Below, piece after piece: positions 48,284-57,294 of a stretch of DNA of 64,000 bases. Where the stretch lies: the IMG/VR virus record IMGVR_UViG_3300045015_000053. The stretch is one strand, 5' to 3'. Position numbers and translations under genes: made by a program. This stretch comes from a virus (taxonomy: Duplodnaviria > Caudoviricetes). Numbering within the stretch: position 1 is the stretch's first letter; every line of letters starts with the position of its first letter. The notes beneath the pieces were generated by a model. The model made no database searches and was not told the origin of the DNA. It worked only from the letters and a program-made list of their open reading frames with translations.

Positions 48284-48661
48284 ATGGAACTCAAGGCGCT
48301 ATACACCGAAGGCAACAAGCCCGAAAGCGTCGATAAGGCCGAGGAAACAAGAAAAGTCTTCCTCGACGCCATGAAGACTTTTCTGGCGATGCCGACCAAT
48401 CCGGTTCTTAGCGCCGAGCAGAAGAAGAAGATCACGGACAAGGTCGAGTGGCTGCTGGCGAACGAGTTCCGGCCGACGTTCTGGCGAAATCTGGACTGCC
48501 AACTGAACCTCCGGGTCATCGAAGGCGTCGTTCAGATGACGCCGAAGCTGCTCGTGTGGGCAGAATACCGGAAACAGTCCGTTCCGAAGGTGAAGGAAGG
48601 CCAGACCATCCCTCACGCCAAGAACGGGAAAATCATCAGAAGCGCAAAGGGACTGTCATGA
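48284..48661 (+). CDS. hypothetical protein
   Basis: ORF track. Confidence 0.5.
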   Translation: MELKALYTEGNKPESVDKAEETRKVFLDAMKTFLAMPTNPVLSAEQKKKITDKVEWLLANEFRPTFWRNLDCQLNLRVIEGVVQMTPKLLVWAEYRKQSVPKVKEGQTIPHAKNGKIIRSAKGLS

Positions 48662-49263
48662 AGAACGTCTACAAGGTCAACGGGCTTCCGTTCTGGAACG
48701 CCAACGAGATTGCCGAACGCGAACACCTCGTTCGCGTTTTCCCTCTTTACCTAGAAGAGTTTTTGCGAACCGAGAACGCCGCGTGGCACTCGCACCGCAT
48801 CGAAGCTCCCGTCCTGACGCCGCACGACCACATCAACCCCAACTACACTGATCAGGACGTGTGCAAAGTGTACGACCGCCACATCGAGAACGGCGAGCCG
48901 CACAAAGCCTACTTCGAGTGGGCGGTTCGCGGCTGGCTCTCCGACGAAGCACACCGCTACCCGATGGGGAAAGGCGCTAAACCCGAATACTCCTACTGGG
49001 ACGGCCAGAAACTCAGCTACGTCGAAGCCCGCAAGAAGATCTACGCCCCGCTGTACGCCGGCGCGGTCGAACACACCGACGCCTTCAAACGCCTCAAAGA
49101 GATCTACGAGGCCGAGAAAGAGATCTGGCTCTGGGACTTCGACGCCTACGACCACCACAAGCTCGGCATGACCTACGAGCAGGTGATCAATTCGGAAACA
49201 AGAAAGATGGGCCACTGCTTCGTCCTCGGCATGCTACTCGAAAACCAACGGGTGTGGGAATGA
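48658..49263 (+). CDS. probable chimeric ORF (class II aaRS-like N-terminus plus unrelated phage domain)
   Basis: NGLPFWN..EI..RE..WHSHRIEAPVLTP then abruptly KVY..YFEW..RYPMGKG..YVEARKKIYAPLY..WDFD. Confidence 0.4.
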   Translation: MKNVYKVNGLPFWNANEIAEREHLVRVFPLYLEEFLRTENAAWHSHRIEAPVLTPHDHINPNYTDQDVCKVYDRHIENGEPHKAYFEWAVRGWLSDEAHRYPMGKGAKPEYSYWDGQKLSYVEARKKIYAPLYAGAVEHTDAFKRLKEIYEAEKEIWLWDFDAYDHHKLGMTYEQVINSETRKMGHCFVLGMLLENQRVWE

Positions 49264-49499
49264 ACGAAAAGAAACTGATACTCGTTCGGGTCGAACAGTA
49301 CGTCAGCCCCGAATGGGGACAAGACCGCACCCAGTGGGTCAGGTACTTCTTGGCACCCGACCTCGAAACTGTCAAAAAGACCGTGTACGAGCGGTACGGC
49401 AAGCCACACTACTACAGCATGGACCGCGAAGAACTGAAATACAGCTTCAGCGAAGAACAGTTCGAGACACTCGACACGAGGATCGAAGACCGTGAGTGA
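49260..49499 (+). CDS. hypothetical protein
   Basis: ATGA overlap. Confidence 0.5.
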   Translation: MNEKKLILVRVEQYVSPEWGQDRTQWVRYFLAPDLETVKKTVYERYGKPHYYSMDREELKYSFSEEQFETLDTRIEDRE

Positions 49500-49500
49500 T

Positions 49501-49620
49501 ATGAAAAACAAACTGCAAAAGGTCGTCTTCCTCAAAGACCACCGCTGTTTCAAAGCCGGCGAAGAGGTCGAGTTCGGCCCCGCCGTCAACCTGCTTGAAA
49601 CCTGTCATGAGCGTATGTAG
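49501..49620 (+). pseudogene. truncated SMC/AAA-ATPase-like N-terminus
   Basis: MKNKLQKVVFLKDHRCFKAGEEVEFGPAVNLL then stop after 7 more codons, just before the expected Walker A. Confidence 0.5.
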
Positions 49621-50004
49621 TATTACAAGACAAAGTTAAAAAAGGAGATAGCCGTGACCAAGTGGAAAGCGACGTGGCGGTGCGACCTAGAAGAAGAATT
49701 CTGCACCGACTTCCACGTCTACGAACTCGACACCCAGACACTCAGCGAAGCCGCACTGTTCATCGAACAGGACATCGGCTGTCGCGGCACCCTCATCAGC
49801 CTCGAACGCGAACTATGAACTACACGCGGCAATCGATCCTCGAAGCCCTCAAACTCGCCGGCAAGCCCATCAACCGCGACAAGCTATTCAAAGAGTGGAT
49901 CGAATACGCCGACATGGACCTCGTCCGCTTCAGCGAACAAGTGGTGACGGGCAGCGGCACGCTAATGGTCTTCAACGCCGCCGTCGTAGACCTCCTCAAC
50001 AGTC

Positions 50005-50256
50005 ATGAACCCCGCACAAGAAGTGTGTTTCAAACTGATCGTCAAATTGACACGCGGCCTCGAAGCACAAGGGGTACTCGCCACTTATCCGTACCTAAGA
50101 GAACAATCGGGCAAACAAGCTCCAAGCACGATCCCGCACTTTGAACACTGCTTCCGGCAAGCACTCAAAGACGAACTGATCTTCGACATCAAGGGGTTGT
50201 ATTCCACCAAGCGGCCCGGCGGCATCCGCGACCTCGATGACGGCTGGCAATCATGA
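50005..50256 (+). CDS. hypothetical protein
   Basis: ORF track. Confidence 0.45.
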   Translation: MNPAQEVCFKLIVKLTRGLEAQGVLATYPYLREQSGKQAPSTIPHFEHCFRQALKDELIFDIKGLYSTKRPGGIRDLDDGWQS

Positions 50257-50585
50257 CCGACAGTTACAACCCAAGCCCGACCGAAGGTTACATCTGTCGA
50301 AAGTGCCGTTGCACGCAAGGGTTCCTCTTGCCGTCCGGCATGACCGTAGTCTGCCTGAACTGTCCGTGGGAAGAAATGGTTCCAGCAATGATACCCACAG
50401 CACCAGCGAACTACCAAAAAGACGGAGTCCCCAAGCACTTCAACGACTTGAAGGACTACGAGTACCAACTGCTCGTACTCTTCAAGAAACTCCTCGAAAA
50501 CGGCCCGCAAAGCCCCGACCAACTTTTCGAGTGGTCGAGCCGCCAGTATCGCTTTGAACACCCCGTCGCGAGCTATCGGTTTTAG
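50253..50585 (+). CDS. small Zn-ribbon protein
   Basis: CRKC..CLNC; ATGA overlap. Confidence 0.5.
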   Translation: MTDSYNPSPTEGYICRKCRCTQGFLLPSGMTVVCLNCPWEEMVPAMIPTAPANYQKDGVPKHFNDLKDYEYQLLVLFKKLLENGPQSPDQLFEWSSRQYRFEHPVASYRF

Positions 50586-50729
50586 GCCGCAGCCACCGAC
50601 CCCGCAGTCAACCGCCTCTGCCTCCTTGCCTTCTTGCACCAAGAATATCTCGAAATGCACGACGGCAAGATCACCCTGCCCCAACCGCGAACGCTCGACG
50701 CGTCGTGGCGGGCCTAACCGGAGAAACAC

Positions 50730-50945
50730 ATGCAGTCCCTCAAGCTCGCCCTCGACCTCTTCCCCGGACTTGACACGGGCGAAAAGACATGCACCATCCG
50801 CAAGGGGAAACGAGATATTGACCTCGGCCCCCTGCTCCTCGCATCCCCTTGCGGCAATCAGAGCCGCGAAGTCTACGTCTACGAGGTGCGGGTCAAAACC
50901 CTCCACAACCTCACCCAAGACGAGGCATACGCGGACGAAGCCTAA
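50730..50945 (+). CDS. ASCH-like protein, possibly truncated
   Basis: GEKTCTIRKGKR; LTQDEAYAD. Confidence 0.5.
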   Translation: MQSLKLALDLFPGLDTGEKTCTIRKGKRDIDLGPLLLASPCGNQSREVYVYEVRVKTLHNLTQDEAYADEA

Positions 50946-50946
50946 A

Positions 50947-50980
50947 CGAAGAAGGGGGAACCGAAACTCCCCCTTCTTCG
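50947..50980. terminator. 13-bp inverted repeat between convergent genes
   Basis: CGAAGAAGGGGGA-accgaaac-TCCCCCTTCTTCG. Confidence 0.7.
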
Positions 50981-51118
50981 CTACCGTGGCGGCGGGGCCG
51001 GCATCGGGTAAGGTACGGCTGGTGGCGGAATCATCACGTCGTCGCATTGGCACTTCTTCTTGCGGTGGACGCAACCCACACACAGAACCACCGCCAGCAG
51101 CAGAATCACATTCTTCAT
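50981..51118 (-). CDS. 45-aa proline-rich lipoprotein (not in ORF track)
   Basis: AAGGAG RBS; MKNVILLLAVVLCVGC lipobox-like; PPPAVPYPMPAPPPR. Confidence 0.6.
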   Translation of the reverse strand: MKNVILLLAVVLCVGCVHRKKKCQCDDVMIPPPAVPYPMPAPPPR

Positions 51119-51496
51119 GACGAACTCCTTTAGTTGGGCCGGATCAGTCTACACCGCCACAACCAGTACCGGAGGCCGAACAATGAATCAAGACCAACAA
51201 CCGCCAGCTACAGACCCGCACGCCCCGAAACACCTGAAACCGCTCCGCATCTTACGCAGAACCCCGAACAGATCACCGAGGAACTCAAAGCGAGAGCCTC
51301 GAAGGTCAAGAAGAAGATCGCACGACTCGAAAAGCTGAAACGGGTCAGCCACGAAGTCATGCGGATGCGGTGTTGCGCGGCTCCCTAGTTAAGAACAAAC
51401 TAGCAGAGCGTCATGCCAAAAAAGTGATTTCCCCAATGGGAGATGCCATTTTGGTCTATACTGACATCCTCGTGATTAAGGGCGAGGGCGACAGCA

Positions 51497-52972
51497 GTGA
51501 AGAACTTCAACGTGGCAACAGATTCCTTGTTCTTTGTCGCCGAGGGCGATCAAGAAAAGCTCGTTTCTGCTCTCGACATCGAGAAGAACGGCAAGAAGTA
51601 TTCACAGTTTCTTGGCTCGCCAATGCAACAGGCGACCTACATGAACGCCATCGTCGCCATCCTCAGCGATTTGAAGGCCAATGGGAACACGTCCCAATAC
51701 GACATGTCCACCTTCATGCAGCAGCCCGACTTGTCAACCAAGTACAACATCTACTTCCCGTGGAAAACGCTCGCGAAAAACGATGTGCATCGCGAGATCG
51801 GCTATTGCAGTTCACGGATTCCTGTAGGCCAAAACGAAGCGTATCGTTTTAACCCGCACCCACAAGCTTTTGAGTACGAGCTTTGCCAACGATGCTGCGC
51901 ATATGGTTTTTTGGAAAACATCCTGTTTGCCCGTAGTGGTGGGCAAGGATGGAGTCCTGCTTTGGCCGGTGAAAACCCCCTGTATGTCTGGAAGACCGGG
52001 GAGAACCTCGCCGACTTCATTCAACTGAACAGCGGCCAGCCTGAAAAGGCCGGGTGGGACGTTCTGAAAACCCTCGGTACTCCAGAATCTCCCAACTTGC
52101 TAACGCGCAATCAAACATACACATACAACCCAAGACTGATGGAATGTGTGTGGAAGGCACCGCTACAACCTTGCTTTTTGTGCGGCGACTGTGAAATGCC
52201 TCATGGCAGTGAAATGTATTCTCGTGGGATCAATACGAAGTTTACCAAAGAGTCACTTTTGAAAGGCTTTCAGAAGAAATGGCACGGGTTCAAACCGACC
52301 GAGAAGGAACATTTCTTAATTGTCCCGTGCGAAGATGATAGGAAACTTGTGCGTAAAGACGGCAAACGCATGATCGCTACGGCAGACAACAAAACTATTG
52401 CCGAAGCCGCCTACGCTCAATTTGGTGACAAATGGATCGCAATCGGAATGATGGTTGAAAGTGTTAAGAAGTCCTCGATTTTCGAGCAGTATCTCGTGAC
52501 CCCTGACACTTGCCCGCAGCGAAGGAAACAGCCCCCGCACAAAAACTTCAAGAAGAGGCTTGACGGCTCAAGGCCCAAAGTCGTTGTTCCAAAACCGATC
52601 ATCTCTACAGCGGAGGTAAGCCGCGAGATGATCGCAAAGGCCGTCGCATGCCTGAGCGAGATCCCCCAAGAAAAGCTCGCAATGTTACGCAACGCCTGTT
52701 ACGGCGCGAGGCATGAAAGCGATGCCGAGGTGTTGGATTTTCTGGACGGTCTTTGGCGGAAGGTTTACCAGAAGACCCGACTGACTTTCAAGAGGGTCTT
52801 TTTTCAACTGGTTCTCGCCTACGCCTGCAACCCGCGCAGTCGCAAGAGCGGTTACCTTGCTAAACATTTGGCTCGCAACGTTCAGCTATTGGCACAATCG
52901 CCCTGTTCTGCCGTTGTGTTCGGCGAAGTCGATTGGTACTGTGTTTTCTCAACCATGTGTGGAGTGAAGTAA
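51497..52972 (+). CDS. cas8e: type I-E large subunit Cas8e(Cse1)-like with probable C-terminal Cas11(Cse2) fusion
   Basis: first gene of cas7-cas5-cas6 operon, FNVATDSLF start; C-terminus LAMLRNA..LVLAYACNP..LARNVQLL..EVDW resembles Cse2. Confidence 0.6.
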   Translation: MKNFNVATDSLFFVAEGDQEKLVSALDIEKNGKKYSQFLGSPMQQATYMNAIVAILSDLKANGNTSQYDMSTFMQQPDLSTKYNIYFPWKTLAKNDVHREIGYCSSRIPVGQNEAYRFNPHPQAFEYELCQRCCAYGFLENILFARSGGQGWSPALAGENPLYVWKTGENLADFIQLNSGQPEKAGWDVLKTLGTPESPNLLTRNQTYTYNPRLMECVWKAPLQPCFLCGDCEMPHGSEMYSRGINTKFTKESLLKGFQKKWHGFKPTEKEHFLIVPCEDDRKLVRKDGKRMIATADNKTIAEAAYAQFGDKWIAIGMMVESVKKSSIFEQYLVTPDTCPQRRKQPPHKNFKKRLDGSRPKVVVPKPIISTAEVSREMIAKAVACLSEIPQEKLAMLRNACYGARHESDAEVLDFLDGLWRKVYQKTRLTFKRVFFQLVLAYACNPRSRKSGYLAKHLARNVQLLAQSPCSAVVFGEVDWYCVFSTMCGVK

Positions 52973-52973
52973 A

Positions 52974-54485
52974 ATGGCTACGCTCAGAAATGTGTTCCTC
53001 GGCATGTCGCAAATTACGCACTACGGTGCGGGACTTCCGAATCGCGACAAGAGCGGTGTGTACAAACATATCCCCGTGGGCAACGTGGATCGCGGGATGG
53101 TGTCGCCACAGTGCCGCCGTCAGCACGTTCGTGAAGAGATCGTCAAGCGTATGCCGCACCTCGAACTTTCCGACCAGACGCGGCACTACCCAGACATCCT
53201 CATCCCGATGTTGACAGACACGTCCGATAAATTCGGCGGCGTCGCGTTGACCGAATCGGAAGCAAATGTGGTCATGCAGTATTTCCGCACCCTGCTACAG
53301 AAGAAGACCCGCGAAACGAAAAACGGTCGTTCAAACGCCACCTACAAACATTGGCCGGACTCCATGCGACTGGTGGCTGCGGCATGTCGAAAAATCAAAG
53401 AGAATGGCGGGCAACAATGGTCCGACATTTCCACCCCGTCATCCACCATCGTCATCGAGAACATTCTCGCCGATCTGGGGCTTGAGAAACAGGACAAAAA
53501 CGATGACGATGATGATGACAAGAAAGATCCCGAACTGGAAGCCACTCGCAACCGAATCCTCAAAGAACTCCCCGGCCGCATGGAGGCCGCGAAGATCGGT
53601 TACGATCAAGGTAACGAATTGAAGGCACTCGTTATCGCCATCCGCGATAACGTGCCGCAAGAGCAGCCGGAACAAGCGGAGAAAATCGAGAAGCCCAACC
53701 AGAAGCCTCAAGCCGGTGGCAAGAGGGGTGCCAAGAAGACCGTCGAAACCAGCGGACTGGATGAAATTCGCGATAATTTCAAGAAAGCCTTGCTCGCAGA
53801 GACGAGCAAAATCAAGGGCAAGAAAATGCTTCGGCTTTCTGACTGGTGTGTGCCGCCATTCGACGTAGCCCTGTTCGGCAACATGCCCAACGAGAACCTC
53901 CACCGGCAGGTTACGCCCGCCATGAACAACACGGCGGCTATCTCAGTCAACCCGTTGGCCCCGGTCACCGTTTTCAATACCATCGTTGATACCAAACGGC
54001 CGGAATCGAACATGGTGCCGGATCAGAGCTACATGTACGACGCCGTTATGTACTCGTTCGACATGCTTGACTCCAACCAGTTGTTCCAGAACATGGAGCG
54101 AGAGGCCACGGTCGCAGAAGTCGAAGCACTGATCGCGTCGTTCATCGAGTCACTGCCCGGTGCCAAACGCGGCACCTCGGCGATCAATTCGCCGCCGATT
54201 CTCGTATCAATCGTGCTGTCGGAGTACAACCAACTGTGTTGCGAACGCGCCTTCGTAGAGGCAATCAATACGCAAACGGATGATGTTTCACGCATCGCCA
54301 CCGAACGGCTGTACGGTTTCATGCAGAAGAACCAAGAACAGTGGGAACCTCTCGATACGTTCGTCTACTCGGTCGATCCCGTACCAGAGAAACTCAAAGC
54401 CCGAACCTACCGCAACACGCGGAAGTTCGCGCGAGCCGTCGCCGAACGCTACGTTGAACTGCGTTGTAGCGTGACCAAGAAGTAA
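52974..54485 (+). CDS. cas7: type I-E Cas7 (Cse4/CasC) with large insertion
   Basis: LPNRDKSGVYK..G..RGMVSPQCRR..RE; DVALFGNM; AISVN; DAVMY; LPGAKRGTSA. Confidence 0.8.
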   Translation: MATLRNVFLGMSQITHYGAGLPNRDKSGVYKHIPVGNVDRGMVSPQCRRQHVREEIVKRMPHLELSDQTRHYPDILIPMLTDTSDKFGGVALTESEANVVMQYFRTLLQKKTRETKNGRSNATYKHWPDSMRLVAAACRKIKENGGQQWSDISTPSSTIVIENILADLGLEKQDKNDDDDDDKKDPELEATRNRILKELPGRMEAAKIGYDQGNELKALVIAIRDNVPQEQPEQAEKIEKPNQKPQAGGKRGAKKTVETSGLDEIRDNFKKALLAETSKIKGKKMLRLSDWCVPPFDVALFGNMPNENLHRQVTPAMNNTAAISVNPLAPVTVFNTIVDTKRPESNMVPDQSYMYDAVMYSFDMLDSNQLFQNMEREATVAEVEALIASFIESLPGAKRGTSAINSPPILVSIVLSEYNQLCCERAFVEAINTQTDDVSRIATERLYGFMQKNQEQWEPLDTFVYSVDPVPEKLKARTYRNTRKFARAVAERYVELRCSVTKK

Positions 54486-54538
54486 AACGAAGACCACATT
54501 TCCCGATTTATCGGGAGTCACCAATAAAGGTCCAAGAC

Positions 54539-55597
54539 ATGAGCGTCATCAAACTGTTTTTGGCCGGCTCACGACAGTGTTACGGACTCGAAAATATCGG
54601 CCAAACCAAGCCGTGGCCGACCAAAAGCGCCGTCGCTGGCATCGTGGCAAATGCGCTCGGCCTCGACTACAAAGACACGACCGAATTCCTCAAAGATTTC
54701 AATAAGACCAAAGTACACGTTCGCGTGGACTCTCCCGGTTCTATCTGCGAAGACTTCCAAGTCGCCACCGGGTTTGGTGATGCAAACGGCCGCGCCCGCA
54801 CAATGAAGGAAAAGGTTGCTTACGTCGATAACGGGGTCGTTAAAGAATATAACGCCCCGAAAAAAACCATGTTTACACCCACATACCTCTGCGATGCGAG
54901 GTTCATGGTTTTTATCGAAGGCCGACGCGAGGTTCTCGAAACTTGGGTCGCCGATCTCGAACGGCCCAAACGTCCCCTTTATCTCGGACGGTCGTCATGC
55001 CTCCCAAGTGAAAACATCTTCGTGTCCCACGAGGACCGAGACATTCAGGAACTGATCGAGAACAGTGTACTCGAACTACTGCCGGGAACCAAATACGAGG
55101 GTCAAAAAACACTCAATACGATCATGGAAGTCCAGAGTGGCGGGTACTTCATCCGAGATGTCGTTCTTACGTTCAAACCGAGCCACACACACGGTTCACG
55201 AATGGTTGTTCAAAAGCCAGTGGTCGTGAAAAATGTTGTCCCGTGGCTGCAAGGCGTGGGCCTTTCCGGGCGAAGAAATCGTCCGAGTAAAAAGGCACGC
55301 GATGAACGCCTTTCATATGACAACAATCGTTGCGTCGAGTGCGGGGCAGTCAAGGACGTGCAATATCACCACGTCACATACGAGAACTATGGGTGTGAAA
55401 AGCTCGAAGACGCCCGAACCCTCTGCGTCATTTGTCACCGCGCCTGCACGCTTCTCAACAGTCAATTCGGTCACTTTGATCCGAGGGAACTGCCAGAAGA
55501 AGATTACGAGGTCTACCGGAACGTGCGTGACCAGATCGCGGTAGAACATATGAGGATTTTGGAATCAAGAAAGCAACTGCCGAAGTTGCCCTACTGA
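54539..55597 (+). CDS. cas5: type I-E Cas5 fused to C-terminal HNH nuclease
   Basis: PTKSAVAGIVANALG; VRVDSPG..DFQ; YLCDARF; PLYLGRSSCLPS; then CVECG..YHHVTYE..E..D..TLCVICH. Confidence 0.9.
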   Translation: MSVIKLFLAGSRQCYGLENIGQTKPWPTKSAVAGIVANALGLDYKDTTEFLKDFNKTKVHVRVDSPGSICEDFQVATGFGDANGRARTMKEKVAYVDNGVVKEYNAPKKTMFTPTYLCDARFMVFIEGRREVLETWVADLERPKRPLYLGRSSCLPSENIFVSHEDRDIQELIENSVLELLPGTKYEGQKTLNTIMEVQSGGYFIRDVVLTFKPSHTHGSRMVVQKPVVVKNVVPWLQGVGLSGRRNRPSKKARDERLSYDNNRCVECGAVKDVQYHHVTYENYGCEKLEDARTLCVICHRACTLLNSQFGHFDPRELPEEDYEVYRNVRDQIAVEHMRILESRKQLPKLPY

Positions 55598-55638
55598 TTC
55601 AGCCCATTCCACTATGTCCCATTTTTTGGGAGACTCTT

Positions 55639-56253
55639 ATGTATCGATGCTTCCTGAAGGTCAAACCCAGTGCCATGATGTCCAGACTGTACGACTGGCA
55701 CGGGTGGTATGGAATCATTCTCAACGGGTGGCAAGACACTAGGTTTCATCAACAGCCTCGGTCAGAAAATCGATCCATCCTGTACCGGGTCGAGAACGAA
55801 CAGATTGTCGTTCAAAGTACAGAACGGCCAGATCAGCCAATCCGCGCACCAGAGATCGCCAGTTGTGTGATCGAGGAGTATAACCCGAAACCATTCGGGA
55901 AGACCAACATCGAAGTGGTCATGGCCGTTTACACGCGGGGCAAGCGGACCAAAGGCGTTGCGCCGCCCGGAGTCAGAAAGAACCCCACTGCCGGACTATA
56001 CCTGCCACTCGAAAAGCGACAGTTCTTCCTCCGCAAAATGCAAGACAACGGGTTCGTCGGCGACATCATTTCGCTATCGGTCGGCCAGACGTTTTCGTTC
56101 TCTTCACCTCACGGTCAAAGTAGAATTGAACTGCCGGTGGCAAACTTCAAAGCCACAGTGGACATCAAGGACACTAACGCCTTCCTCGACATGATGAAAC
56201 GAGGCGTCAGCCGCAACAAAGATTCTGGCTGTGGACTTATCGTTCTGCGATAA
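55639..56253 (+). CDS. cas6e: type I-E Cas6e (Cse3)
   Basis: ILYRVE..IVVQS..PD; C-terminal G-rich loop GVSRNKDSGCGLIVL. Confidence 0.8.
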   Translation: MYRCFLKVKPSAMMSRLYDWHGWYGIILNGWQDTRFHQQPRSENRSILYRVENEQIVVQSTERPDQPIRAPEIASCVIEEYNPKPFGKTNIEVVMAVYTRGKRTKGVAPPGVRKNPTAGLYLPLEKRQFFLRKMQDNGFVGDIISLSVGQTFSFSSPHGQSRIELPVANFKATVDIKDTNAFLDMMKRGVSRNKDSGCGLIVLR

Positions 56254-56309
56254 TACGCGAGAGCAGAGGTGTTGAACACTTCCTCTGAATTCGATCTTTG
56301 AAAACTTAG

Positions 56310-56363
56310 ACAATTACGCCACGCGAGCTACGCACAAGGCAACCCCTCGCGTGGCGTAATTGT
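56310..56363. promoter_or_regulatory. 18-bp perfect inverted repeat in CRISPR leader
   Basis: ACAATTACGCCACGCGAG-N18-CTCGCGTGGCGTAATTGT. Confidence 0.8.
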
Positions 56364-56397
56364 AGTACCGATAATAGTTCGATTTGTGGCCATGAGC

Positions 56398-57294
56398 CTC
56401 AAACCCTCAATCCCATTCATTGGGAGTTGTCATCTTACCAAGCTCGATGTTCAAGTGACGCCCGCAGACCTCAAACCCTCAATCCCATTCATTGGGAGTT
56501 GTCATAATTGCTCTTTGAGACGCAGCAACTTCGAGACTTCCGACTCAAACCCTCAATCCCATTCATTGGGAGTTGTCATGGCGAGCGGCTGCTTCGGGTG
56601 ATCCAGAAGAAAGAACTCAAACCCTCAATCCCATTCATTGGGAGTTGTCATCCGATCTTCATGGGCAACCTTCAGGAAGGCACAACCCCGCCTCAAACCC
56701 TCAATCCCATTCATTGGGAGTTGTCATCGCTCGGTGCTGGTCTGCGAGTCGGACGGTGAATGCTCAAACCCTCAATCCCATTCATTGGGAGTTGTCATAC
56801 GAAGGACGGCAAAGGGAAACTTGGCATGGTCCGGCTCAAACCCTCAATCCCATTCATTGGGAGTTGTCATCTCTGGGTTCTGGTCCGGCGGCAGCAGCTT
56901 CTTCATCAAACCCTCAATCCCATTCATTGGGAGTTGTCATCCGTACCCGACCGCTTTGGAAACAAGAATGCCCGCCTTAATCCCTCAATCCCATTCATTG
57001 GGAGTCGTCATAGCAGCTCAGTGTCGATGGTCGCGAGTTGCGAGTCCGCTCAAGTCCCAATCCCATCTTTTGGGAGTTGTCATCTGGGAGCCGCAAGCCG
57101 ATGGGTAGAAGACCAGCAATTTTTGTAACTAATCCCATTTCGTTCGGAGTCGTCATAAGACCGACAGATGGGCAGCATGACTGGCTGCAAATTCAATCCC
57201 ATTTTTTTGTTGGGAGTTGTCATGACGGGTTCGATGGCCTGGATTGCGCTGATGGCACACTTCTCAAACTCGTCCCATTCATTGGGAGCTACCT
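56398..57294 (+). CRISPR. CRISPR array 1: 13 repeats (36 nt), 12 spacers
   Basis: CTCAAACCCTCAATCCCATTCATTGGGAGTTGTCAT at 56398, 56470, 56544, 56616, 56692, 56763, 56835, 56905; degenerate copies at 56976, 57049, 57121, ~57187, 57263; first ten spacers 34-40 nt. Confidence 0.97.
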
